This document shows, in pieces, positions 42,918-52,534 of a stretch of DNA of 64,000 bases. Under the pieces are notes generated by a model. It worked only from the letters and a program-made list of their open reading frames with translations, did not search any database and had not been told where the DNA came from. How positions within the stretch are numbered: position 1 is the stretch's first letter; each line of letters starts with the position of its first letter. The DNA is from a phage. The position numbers and the translations under genes are program-made. The stretch lies in the sequence record PZ295659.1; one strand, written 5' to 3'.

Positions 42918-42933
42918 GGAGGCCGAAGCCTCC
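42918..42933 (-). terminator. GGAGGC-UUCG-GCCUCC hairpin
   Basis: On the minus strand the hairpin follows the stop of ORF 42944-43309 and is followed by UUUUAGG. Confidence 0.5.
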
Positions 42934-42943
42934 ATTTTTAAGA

Positions 42944-43309
42944 TTAGATATCAAATTCGTTAAGAACTACATCAAAGATTGCTTCGAGATGTTCAGGTTT
43001 AGCTCGGTTGCTCAGGATGTGACGAATCCAAGTTTTAACCAGAAGTTTACGATTAACACCGTTCCAGCAAGGATGAGTACCTAAATCACGTTGACGGAAA
43101 TCGTCATCTAATGCAATTTTGAAGTTGGAACCTTCCATCGTGATTGAAACCGTGATGCCATTTTCAAATCGCATATAAACGTAATTAGGAGTCATATACT
43201 GCTCAATTTCGCATACTGAACCGTTATTATGCTTCCATAAGCAAATTGTATCGATAGAACCAGCAATACCGTTAGAAACATATTTACGTTCGAAGTTGAT
43301 GTAGTTCAT
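42944..43309 (-). CDS. hypothetical early protein (121 aa)
   Basis: Own early promoter; translation initiation region GGAGAATAAAATGAAC identical to that of the next gene. Confidence 0.5.
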   Translation of the reverse strand: MNYINFERKYVSNGIAGSIDTICLWKHNNGSVCEIEQYMTPNYVYMRFENGITVSITMEGSNFKIALDDDFRQRDLGTHPCWNGVNRKLLVKTWIRHILSNRAKPEHLEAIFDVVLNEFDI

Positions 43310-43350
43310 TTTATTCTCCAGATGTTTAAGTTGTTTGTTGGTACAGGTCT

Positions 43351-43379
43351 ATAATAACAAAACCTGTACCAAAGTAAAC
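43351..43379 (-). promoter_or_regulatory. early promoter (GTTTAC-N17-TATTAT)
   Basis: Minus strand reads GTTTACTTTGGTACAGGTTTTGTTATTAT, upstream of ORF 42944-43309. Confidence 0.5.
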
Positions 43380-43383
43380 ATTT

Positions 43384-43755
43384 TTATTTGATTTTTGTCC
43401 ACTTAGCTGAATCAATAACACCTTTTGCTTTAATCTTCTCGATTAATGACTCTGCACGATTTCTGGCATTTTCATACCATACAACATCTTCAGAGTAACC
43501 TGTTTCTTCATCTTCGTAAGTTTTAGAACGAATACAACCATAAACTGTAGAATTCAGACGGTAAATTTCACCAGTGAAAAAGTTTTCGATTTCGATATGA
43601 TAACAAAAATCGTCTGAAGGGCCATCAGGAGTTGTACAATAAACTACATCACCTTGAATCGAACGAACCATCCACTGTAACTCGTTAACAACTTGAGATT
43701 TATATCCATCGTGGTCACGGCATTTAATTGTAGCATTTAAATTGATAGTGTTCAT
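43384..43755 (-). CDS. hypothetical early protein (123 aa)
   Basis: Own early promoter and the same RBS-start cassette as its neighbour; several Cys residues. Confidence 0.5.
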   Translation of the reverse strand: MNTINLNATIKCRDHDGYKSQVVNELQWMVRSIQGDVVYCTTPDGPSDDFCYHIEIENFFTGEIYRLNSTVYGCIRSKTYEDEETGYSEDVVWYENARNRAESLIEKIKAKGVIDSAKWTKIK

Positions 43756-43797
43756 TTTATTCTCCGGTTGTTTTTATTGATTAGGTGGTACAAGTCT

Positions 43798-43826
43798 ATA
43801 GTAACACATCCTACAGGAGAGTAAAC
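43798..43826 (-). promoter_or_regulatory. early promoter (GTTTAC-N17-TACTAT)
   Basis: Minus strand reads GTTTACTCTCCTGTAGGATGTGTTACTAT, upstream of ORF 43384-43755. Confidence 0.5.
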
Positions 43827-43863
43827 ATCTTTTTTAAACTTTTTCTGCCCTAAACGCACAAAA

Positions 43864-43881
43864 GGGAGACCGAAGTCTCCC
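43864..43881 (-). terminator. GGGAGAC-UUCG-GUCUCCC hairpin terminator
   Basis: Third copy of the identical 18-mer hairpin, 5 nt after the stop of the 59-aa ORF and followed by a U-run on the minus strand. Confidence 0.6.
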
Positions 43882-43886
43882 TAAAA

Positions 43887-44066
43887 TTATGCAACAACCT
43901 TTCCAAAACGAGAAGCATCATCTCGAAGAACTGCACGTGCTCTGCGCATGATCTTCTCAACGGTTTGATTAATACGAGAGTTCGACCCACGCTTGTATCC
44001 AGCGCGTTTAGAGGTACCATCAACTTTCTTTTCTACTGCTTTCTTTGCTTTAGCTTGTTTTGCCAT
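43887..44066 (-). CDS. small basic protein (59 aa), absent from the ORF track
   Basis: Hand-translated MAKQAKAKKAVEKKVDGTSKRAGYKRGSNSRINQTVEKIMRRARAVLRDDASRFGKVVA; terminator hairpin immediately downstream. Confidence 0.45.
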   Translation of the reverse strand: MAKQAKAKKAVEKKVDGTSKRAGYKRGSNSRINQTVEKIMRRARAVLRDDASRFGKVVA

Positions 44067-44285
44067 TATAAATTCTCTTTAAATGAAAATGCAGGACTTA
44101 TTGACATTGCCTGCCCAAGCCCTCAAGGGGAACATAGGTTTTTGGATATTTAACGACAGGATAACCATAAACCCGTCATCATACCGACCACGACTTAGAC
44201 AGATAACCTTTTTCTGACGCGTGATAGTACAAAATACATTCAAGAGGTACACCGTAAAATTGTCGGGGCGGTACTTCTAAAACAT

Positions 44286-44303
44286 ATCGATTCGCAAATC
44301 GAT
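44286..44303 (-). terminator. perfect palindromic hairpin downstream of rIII
   Basis: AUCGAUU-loop-AAUCGAU 7-bp stem about 33 nt after the rIII stop; no clear U-tract. Confidence 0.35.
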
Positions 44304-44335
44304 AATCAGACAATTCGACGGCTCCTCGATTTAAC

Positions 44336-44584
44336 TTACTTCAGGGTAATAACAAAATGACGAACTGCTTTACGTGCTGCAGAAGCCAGAGGCTTAGCAT
44401 ATTTCAATTCATCTTTCTGAACCAGGATATCGCGAAGATCGGCTTGTGCTGGATTCAGATGTTTGAAATACTGTAAGATTTCAAGAGCTTCGGCTTCAAC
44501 ATCAATAGATGCGCCGTAATTGTCATGGCCATTATTCCATGCATGGCGTTGCAGTTCAAGAGCGTGTTGTAATTGTTTAATCAT
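44336..44584 (-). CDS. rIII: rIII lysis inhibition accessory protein
   Basis: 82 aa, same as T4 RIII; located just downstream of gene 31 on the same strand as in T4. Confidence 0.65.
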   Translation of the reverse strand: MIKQLQHALELQRHAWNNGHDNYGASIDVEAEALEILQYFKHLNPAQADLRDILVQKDELKYAKPLASAARKAVRHFVITLK

Positions 44585-44700
44585 TTTAAATTCTCAATTC
44601 GAGATAATACTTAGTAGCCACGTTCTTCTGAATTTCACTTTCTTTCGACAAGTCTCTCAGTTGTAGGCTACCGCTTAGAAGAGTGTTCTCTTCATATAGT

Positions 44701-44708
44701 TATTTATA
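44701..44708 (-). promoter_or_regulatory. late promoter TATAAATA (minus strand) between gene 31 and rIII
   Basis: Plus-strand TATTTATA immediately after the gp31 stop. Confidence 0.4.
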
Positions 44709-45041
44709 TCACTTATAAAGACATGGAATAGCTTTATAGTGGCATGTTACGAATTTCTGTTTAATTTCTTTAGGTTGTTTAAGACCTAAAGCCACAAATG
44801 GATGTGGAACATTTCGAATTTGTCCAACCGGTAGTGGAGTCAAATCACCGACTTCAACAAAACCTTCAGGAACATCAGGACCTACAGAATGAACTACACA
44901 TAGTTCAGGAACTTCACCTTGAACACGTTTACCAATCACAAGTCCTGATTCTGTAACTTCTTCATCACCCGCTTGAGCGGGTTCAGAAACCAGAATGACA
45001 TATTCACCAACAGCACGAATTGGGAGTTGTACTTCAGACAT
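44709..45041 (-). CDS. 31: head assembly co-chaperonin gp31 (GroES analogue)
   Basis: 110 aa (T4 gp31 111 aa); synteny next to cd; middle promoter upstream. Confidence 0.85.
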   Translation of the reverse strand: MSEVQLPIRAVGEYVILVSEPAQAGDEEVTESGLVIGKRVQGEVPELCVVHSVGPDVPEGFVEVGDLTPLPVGQIRNVPHPFVALGLKQPKEIKQKFVTCHYKAIPCLYK

Positions 45042-45071
45042 CTTATTTCCTTGTTGTTTGACGATAGATTA

Positions 45072-45096
45072 ATAATACCATACTATTCGTAAAGCA
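45072..45096 (-). promoter_or_regulatory. middle promoter (MotA box TGCTTTA + TATTAT) for gene 31
   Basis: Minus strand reads TGCTTTACGAATAGTATGGTATTAT with a 12-nt spacer, 30-55 nt upstream of the gp31 ATG. Confidence 0.55.
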
Positions 45097-45098
45097 TA

Positions 45099-45395
45099 TT
45101 ACATAAGAAGCAAACTTTCCACCGGAGTACCATCAACCGAAATTACTTTATCAAGGCGGAAAGAACGCCACTGACCTAACTTGGTGTCGAATGCTCGAAC
45201 TGATTCACGAGGTTCATAACGAACTTCTGTTGCTGGATTGTTATTTTCATATTTGACTTCAAGTTCATCGCGCGAAGCAAACATAGTGCGTACCTCGCCG
45301 TTAGCCTTTTCAAATACAACACAATGAACGCCTACAGATAGAATAGTTTTAATACGTTCACGAAGAACCATAGTTTCTTGTTCAGTTAAAATCAT
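45099..45395 (-). CDS. hypothetical protein (98 aa, 31.1-like)
   Basis: Start moved to the ATG 2 nt after the cd stop; the track start is a GTG inside cd. Confidence 0.5.
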   Translation of the reverse strand: MILTEQETMVLRERIKTILSVGVHCVVFEKANGEVRTMFASRDELEVKYENNNPATEVRYEPRESVRAFDTKLGQWRSFRLDKVISVDGTPVESLLLM

Positions 45396-45396
45396 A

Positions 45397-45978
45397 TTAT
45401 TCACCACAAAAGTTTCGGATTTGTTCCCAATTCAGAGAACGAAGATTATTACGAGAGTACTGAATTACTTCAATACCGGCTTGTTTTAGAATGTCTGCCC
45501 AATTTTCAGGAGATCTGTCATATAATTCTGCGTATACAACCTTTTTAATACCTGACTGCGTAATAGCTTTAGTGCAATCAGGACATGGAGAAAGCGTCGT
45601 ATATAACGTAGCACCTTCAATAGAATTACCTTTACGAGCTGCAAACAAAATTGCATTCAATTCTGCATGGATTTCATTATTAGCAGACCATGCACTATGA
45701 GCGGCCCGATGTTCTTTAGCCAAAACAAAATTATCTGCCCGTCCAAATGCTGTAGTGCCTTCTTTATGTCCAGCAACGATGACCGGGCTTGGTTTATTCT
45801 TCAACCAACCGTTTTCGGATGCATGTTCGCAACAGTTTGTACCACCTGAAGGAGAGCCATTATAACCTGTAGAAATAATGCGTCCATCTTTTTCAATGAC
45901 TGCGCCAACTTTCCATGAACAACATTTTGATTCTTGAGAAATCAGATATGCAATCTGAAGGTATGTGCTAGCTTTCAT
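45397..45978 (-). CDS. cd: dCMP deaminase
   Basis: 193 aa, same as T4 Cd; zinc-binding cytidine/deoxycytidylate deaminase motifs HAELNAI and PCPDC. Confidence 0.9.
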   Translation of the reverse strand: MKASTYLQIAYLISQESKCCSWKVGAVIEKDGRIISTGYNGSPSGGTNCCEHASENGWLKNKPSPVIVAGHKEGTTAFGRADNFVLAKEHRAAHSAWSANNEIHAELNAILFAARKGNSIEGATLYTTLSPCPDCTKAITQSGIKKVVYAELYDRSPENWADILKQAGIEVIQYSRNNLRSLNWEQIRNFCGE

Positions 45979-46970
45979 TATTGAACCTTATTAATATAAG
46001 TTAACAGCTCTTTAGTTTGTTCCCAACTGATGCACGCATCGGTAATGGAAACGCCATAGGACATATTATCAGAAATTTTTTGATTTCCTTCATGTAGGAA
46101 TGATTCTATCATAATTCCTTTGACCAAATCATTAGCTGCTAAATTTTTACCAATACCAATTTGATTGCTATAATGCCCATCAGCGTTTGCATGGCTACAG
46201 TCAACCATTACATAATGATTCAGACCTACTGCACTTGCTTTGTTAGAAGCTTCTTGAATATCAGAAGAATGATAGTTCGGGCCGTTGGTCCCGCCACGCA
46301 ATACGATATGCGTATTCTGATTACCTTCAGCTTCAACAATGCCTATAGTACCATCGACGTCCATACCCATATACCGATGAGGCCAGGCGGCACTATACAT
46401 CGCGTCTGTAGCTACTTTAATAGAACCATTGGTTGCGTTCTTGAAGCCTACGCACATCGGTAGACCTGAAGCAATTTCACGATGTGTCTGACTTTCAGTC
46501 GTACGGGCGCCAATAGCAACCCATGAGAAAATACCAGAAAGATACTTAATCGTGAATGGGTCTAATACTTCAGTTGCTAATGGAAGTCCCATACGTAGAA
46601 GTTTACGACACAATGTTCGTGCAACTATAAGACCGTGGTTCATATCAAAACTTCCGTCAAGATATGGATCATTTACAAGACCTTTCCAACCTACGGTAGT
46701 TCGAGGCTTTTCAAAATAAACGCGCATCACTAACAGAACATTAGGAAGACGAGTTTGAAGTTCAGCCAGACGTTTGCCGTATTCAACAGCAGCAATAGGG
46801 TCATGAATTGAACAAGGACCTACAACAATAAGTTTGCGTGGGTCTTCACCGTTCATAATCGAATTAACTTGTTCGCGATGAGAAGCCACTTGTGATGCGT
46901 AAGCTTCCGACAAAGGAATAATCTCAGCCAGTTCTTTTGGAGAAATAAGTTTTCTGACGATAGGTAACAT
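45978..46970 (-). CDS. 3-deoxy-D-arabino-heptulosonate-7-phosphate (DAHP) synthase, class I AroG/AroF/AroH-like
   Basis: 330 aa aligning along its length with E. coli AroG as recalled: KLIVVGPCSIHDP, MRVYFEKPRTTVGWKGL, SWVAIGARTTESQTHRE, GFKNATNGSIKVA, IVLRGG, MVDCSHAN, ESFLHEGNQ, SITDACISWE. Confidence 0.85.
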   Translation of the reverse strand: MLPIVRKLISPKELAEIIPLSEAYASQVASHREQVNSIMNGEDPRKLIVVGPCSIHDPIAAVEYGKRLAELQTRLPNVLLVMRVYFEKPRTTVGWKGLVNDPYLDGSFDMNHGLIVARTLCRKLLRMGLPLATEVLDPFTIKYLSGIFSWVAIGARTTESQTHREIASGLPMCVGFKNATNGSIKVATDAMYSAAWPHRYMGMDVDGTIGIVEAEGNQNTHIVLRGGTNGPNYHSSDIQEASNKASAVGLNHYVMVDCSHANADGHYSNQIGIGKNLAANDLVKGIMIESFLHEGNQKISDNMSYGVSITDACISWEQTKELLTYINKVQ

Positions 46971-47090
46971 AACAATCCTTAGGAGATATAAACAGATTCT
47001 GATTCAACAATACCTTTAACCGGATTAGACAGGCTAAGTTGGTAGTGCTCAGATTTATGACCATTCTCGATAGTAATGAGATAGCTCTAA

Positions 47091-47327
47091 TTATAGTGTT
47101 CCATATACTCGAGTTGCTTCAACAAGACCATCACTGCCTAATTTAAGATTAGTAATTTGGTCACCATCTTTAGGATTAACGATTATGAGAAAAGAACGTG
47201 GAGATTCTTGAATAACTCGTAATGTTGCATCCTGGAAACGTTCAGACACTTTATTGATGAGTGCTTGAGCGAATTCTTTTACTTTAATCTGAAATTCGTG
47301 TACTGTAATTGGATTTTCACTTAGCAT
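47091..47327 (-). CDS. hypothetical early protein (78 aa)
   Basis: ORF with an early promoter upstream; first gene of the transcript that continues into the DAHP synthase and cd. Confidence 0.45.
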   Translation of the reverse strand: MLSENPITVHEFQIKVKEFAQALINKVSERFQDATLRVIQESPRSFLIIVNPKDGDQITNLKLGSDGLVEATRVYGTL

Positions 47328-47354
47328 TTCGATTTCCTCATTTTAGTAGAGTTA

Positions 47355-47384
47355 ATCATATCACAACTCTACTGTGTTGTAAAC
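47355..47384 (-). promoter_or_regulatory. early promoter (GTTTAC-N18-TATGAT)
   Basis: Minus strand reads GTTTACAACACAGTAGAGTTGTGATATGAT. Confidence 0.5.
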
Positions 47385-47660
47385 TTAAATTGCAAAACAT
47401 TTAATTTCTTGTGAATCGAAATCAACTTCACATTGAATTACTAGATCAGCGTCAAGTCCAAACACAACAATCACATGAGCCGAGCTTGGCAACAGTGTAA
47501 CAGACACAGAATCCACTTGGTCCGGGACCAGAGTATTCAAAACGTAAAGTAGTTCAGAGTGGACCTTAAGCTCAGTAGCCGTATCCGGCTTATCAAAGAA
47601 ATGATTTGCGATAATCTGACTAAAAACTACCTTTACAATTTCAGAATATTTAGGGAACAT
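47385..47660 (-). CDS. hypothetical protein (91 aa)
   Basis: ORF in the cd-pseT accessory interval. Confidence 0.45.
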   Translation of the reverse strand: MFPKYSEIVKVVFSQIIANHFFDKPDTATELKVHSELLYVLNTLVPDQVDSVSVTLLPSSAHVIVVFGLDADLVIQCEVDFDSQEIKCFAI

Positions 47661-47667
47661 AATTACC

Positions 47668-47892
47668 TCAGTGTACAGTATTTACTTTAACTCGAACAAC
47701 AAATTGCTCGGTCGGTTCACCTACAGGAACAAACTCTACATGATATTCACCTTTGTAACGAGTATTCAGGTCGTTACGAATTTCGGTAAGCTTGTTGATT
47801 AATGTAGAACTCATATTAAGTCCCACTAGTTTACGAAGCATTTTGTATGCTTCATCTTCGATTTCATGATGTTTATCGTACATAGTTTTCAT
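47668..47892 (-). CDS. hypothetical protein (74 aa)
   Basis: ORF in the cd-pseT accessory interval. Confidence 0.45.
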   Translation of the reverse strand: MKTMYDKHHEIEDEAYKMLRKLVGLNMSSTLINKLTEIRNDLNTRYKGEYHVEFVPVGEPTEQFVVRVKVNTVH

Positions 47893-48063
47893 TTAACCAT
47901 TCAATTGCCTGGTCGACGTTATCAAATATACCGCCGTCCAAACGTTCTTCATGCTCATAGTCCAGCACATCAATACCGAACTGTCCATTTACTAAAGGCC
48001 AGGCTACAAACAAATATTCTTTATGCTGTTCGATGGCCTCAATCACTTCATATAATCGTTTCA

Positions 48064-48064
<1 letters not shown>
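47873..48064 (-). CDS. hypothetical acidic protein (63 aa)
   Basis: ORF coupled to the pseT stop (ATGA-type overlap). Confidence 0.45.
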
Positions 48065-49150
<1,086 letters not shown>

Positions 49151-49151
<1 letters not shown>

Positions 49152-49450
49152 TATTTTATTCCTAAGAAAGTTTCAAGAATACGAATGTTATGCTCGCGCC
49201 GATCTTTGTTAATTTCAGCAACGTTTTTATTAATTGACGTACTTCTAACGTTTGAAGAAATAAATTTAATCATATGGCTTTTGAGTTGTTGCAAATCTAA
49301 CCCTTTTTCTTTAGCAGCTTTACGAAGAGCTTTACCTGCTTCATCTAGTGCCTTTGCTGCATCTTTGTCATAATCACCAAGTGACATTCCACGGCAGATG
49401 TCAATATACTCATCAGACCGTTTGATGTAATTCTCTAGTAATGTTTTCAT
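49151..49450 (-). CDS. hypothetical protein (99 aa)
   Basis: ORF with an early promoter upstream. Confidence 0.45.
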
Positions 49451-49478
49451 TTAGATTTCCTCAATTATCCATAGGAGC

Positions 49479-49508
49479 ATTATACTCTGCTCCCGAGAGT
49501 TTGTAAAC
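49479..49508 (-). promoter_or_regulatory. early promoter (GTTTAC-N18-TATAAT)
   Basis: Minus strand reads GTTTACAAACTCTCGGGAGCAGAGTATAAT. Confidence 0.55.
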
Positions 49509-49732
49509 TATTTTACTAAAGATTCAATATACTCATGAAGAGCTTTAGTCGCTACTGCCCACTTATTCTGATATTCATTTTTCAGATTAGCACGAGACTG
49601 AACTAACAAGCGGTCGTTAGTCGGAGGCAAAGACTCTAATCGTTGAATCTGACGGCCATAAATCATAGCCGCCATTTCAGAGTCATAGATAAGTCCTTTA
49701 AGGTATTCATGCTGTTCTTTAGTCATTGACAT
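49508..49732 (-). CDS. hypothetical protein (74 aa)
   Basis: ORF between the spanin pair and the pseT-proximal genes. Confidence 0.45.
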   Translation of the reverse strand: MSMTKEQHEYLKGLIYDSEMAAMIYGRQIQRLESLPPTNDRLLVQSRANLKNEYQNKWAVATKALHEYIESLVK

Positions 49733-50013
49733 TTTTCCTCTTTTAAACCACTACGATAATAACATAACATAGTCTTCTGGTCATGTACATATCTTTTTAC
49801 GTCGTTTAACCAGATACGAAATTCTTGAGAGTCTTCAAATGGCATTCCAACCCACGGACTACCATCAATAACCTTTACTTGCCATTTCTGGTTATATTCA
49901 CCAATAGATTCAGGCCATGGCGGATGTAAAGTTTCTTTAGGGCTTAAGGGCACATCCTGGGCACATCCGGCTAAAATGCCAATAGATAATACAACTGCGG
50001 TTAATTTAATCAT
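49723..50013 (-). CDS. outer-membrane spanin lipoprotein (o-spanin, pseT.2-like)
   Basis: 96 aa; N-terminal signal peptide with lipobox LAGC; gene immediately follows the i-spanin candidate with a 4-nt overlap. Confidence 0.6.
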   Translation of the reverse strand: MIKLTAVVLSIGILAGCAQDVPLSPKETLHPPWPESIGEYNQKWQVKVIDGSPWVGMPFEDSQEFRIWLNDVKRYVHDQKTMLCYYRSGLKEEKCQ

Positions 50014-50366
50014 TCTGAGAGCTTCCTGAGGTCTTCTGCAAAGGAATCGAAGGACCTGTTGATTTGTTTTTCGACCAATCCTGGTTTACTTGCCACCACG
50101 TTCTTCTTCTTCGAATCCTTACGGAGCTTTTCATTTTCGGCCTTAAGTTGGTCAACTAAAACACGGTTCTTATAAGTCATTTCTTCGATTGACTGATATT
50201 GAACCTTGAAGTCGTCTAATACTTTAGCATTGTTTTTAGCGGTCTCTTTGACAGAAGCTAATTCAGTATTCAACGAATCAACTTTGTTGTTTAAGACAAC
50301 TATTGTTACCGTAGAAACTAGAGCAAAAGCTGCTACTATAGCGTAAATCGGATTTACTTTAAGCAT
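50010..50366 (-). CDS. inner-membrane spanin (i-spanin, pseT.3-like)
   Basis: 118 aa; N-terminal transmembrane helix IYAIVAAFALVSTVTIVVL followed by a charged coiled-coil region. Confidence 0.6.
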   Translation of the reverse strand: MLKVNPIYAIVAAFALVSTVTIVVLNNKVDSLNTELASVKETAKNNAKVLDDFKVQYQSIEEMTYKNRVLVDQLKAENEKLRKDSKKKNVVASKPGLVEKQINRSFDSFAEDLRKLSE

Positions 50367-50854
50367 GTTTTAATAATCTCAATGATTTCATCTCGGGATA
50401 ATCCATTGATAAGAACGGTTTTCGGGCCATCACACTGGATTTTGTACGATTCAAACAATACACACAACTCTTCTGCTGTATGATACGGACTTGAAATTCC
50501 GAGGCGGTTGAATTTGTCGGTAAGAGGGTCGCAAATAATGTAGAATTTTATACCTGCGATATGTACGTTTGGTTGACTAATATTAATGAACACATTAGCG
50601 TCGTATTTAGTCAAATTGTTTTGAAGAAATTCTACCATGGCATTAACTGCTTCTGGCATCGCTTCACGTTTCTCTTCGGTGTAACGTGTTGAATATTCCT
50701 TTTGCTTTAACTTCTTTTTAAGATTTTTGGCCAGTGTAACACGTAGGTCAGTAAGATAACCAACTGGACGTCCTTTCTTAAAGACTCGGATTCCATCTGT
50801 AGAATCACCAAATGCTGCCACAACCATATCGTTAGTAATCAATTGCATATTCAT
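50354..50854 (-). CDS. alc: Alc-like protein (inhibitor of host transcription on cytosine-containing DNA)
   Basis: Start set at an internal ATG with GAGGAGAAAATT RBS (166 aa; T4 Alc 167 aa); located between rnlA and the spanins; an early promoter lies inside the track's 5' extension. Confidence 0.5.
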   Translation of the reverse strand: MNMQLITNDMVVAAFGDSTDGIRVFKKGRPVGYLTDLRVTLAKNLKKKLKQKEYSTRYTEEKREAMPEAVNAMVEFLQNNLTKYDANVFINISQPNVHIAGIKFYIICDPLTDKFNRLGISSPYHTAEELCVLFESYKIQCDGPKTVLINGLSRDEIIEIIKTCLK

Positions 50855-50884
50855 AATTTTCTCCTCGTGATGTTGATAAAAGCC

Positions 50885-50914
50885 ATAGTAACACCATCCT
50901 TGGTGTTTGTAAAC
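50885..50914 (-). promoter_or_regulatory. early promoter (GTTTAC-N18-TACTAT)
   Basis: Minus strand reads GTTTACAAACACCAAGGATGGTGTTACTAT. Confidence 0.5.
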
Positions 50915-50916
50915 CA

Positions 50917-52050
<1,134 letters not shown>

Positions 52051-52068
52051 TCAGTTAGTTTTTTTTAA

Positions 52069-52098
52069 ATTGTACCACAATCCTTGTGGTATGTAAAC
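52069..52098 (-). promoter_or_regulatory. early promoter (GTTTAC-N18-TACAAT) for rnlA
   Basis: Minus strand reads GTTTACATACCACAAGGATTGTGGTACAAT. Confidence 0.5.
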
Positions 52099-52508
52099 TA
52101 CTTTTTCTTATGTTGGATATTCCAAGGCGGGTTGAACTTTTTGATAAAAAGCGGTTCTTCAAGGTCCATTGTTGCGATGGTCATTGAACCAAGTTCATTG
52201 GTGACTGAAAGGTCAAAACATTGGCGGGCCCAGAATTCAACCTTTTTGCCTTGCATTAAGGCATCCAAAATCATAAGTGATTTTCTTGAATCTGAAGTCT
52301 GGTCTTTTCGATTTATGGCTGTTCGATAATAGTTAATGCGTTTCTTTAAATTCTTGGTTTTACCAATATACACAAGTTCGTCATCTATAGCAATAGCATA
52401 TATAACATTTTTCTTATTAGGGGCATCAATGGTTTTAATTGTTGCATCTTCTAATAGCTCCAATTCTATATATTTAATAAAGGAATATTCGGCGGCAATA
52501 TCTTTCAT
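52098..52508 (-). CDS. denA: endonuclease II (GIY-YIG)
   Basis: 136 aa, same as T4 EndoII; GIY-YIG-type motif VIYAIAIDDELVYIGKTKNLKKRINYY. Confidence 0.8.
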   Translation of the reverse strand: MKDIAAEYSFIKYIELELLEDATIKTIDAPNKKNVIYAIAIDDELVYIGKTKNLKKRINYYRTAINRKDQTSDSRKSLMILDALMQGKKVEFWARQCFDLSVTNELGSMTIATMDLEEPLFIKKFNPPWNIQHKKK

Positions 52509-52516
52509 AATAAAGT

Positions 52517-52530
52517 GGGACCGAAGTCCC
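52517..52530 (-). terminator. GGGAC-UUCG-GUCCC intercistronic hairpin between nrdB and denA
   Basis: UUCG-loop hairpin located 4 nt after the nrdB stop and 8 nt before the denA ATG. Confidence 0.45.
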
Positions 52531-52534
52531 GTCC

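Noticed and set aside
43965-44153. 62-aa plus-strand ORF spanning the 59-aa basic-protein gene and part of the ORF-free spacer
   Set aside because: It is antisense to a gene with a clear start and terminator and sits in a region where all transcription signals are on the minus strand.
44067-44335. Possible tRNA gene in the ORF-free spacer
   Set aside because: No acceptor/T-arm arrangement or GTTCGAATC-type T-loop in cloverleaf context could be assembled by eye; retained only as an unexplained non-coding region.
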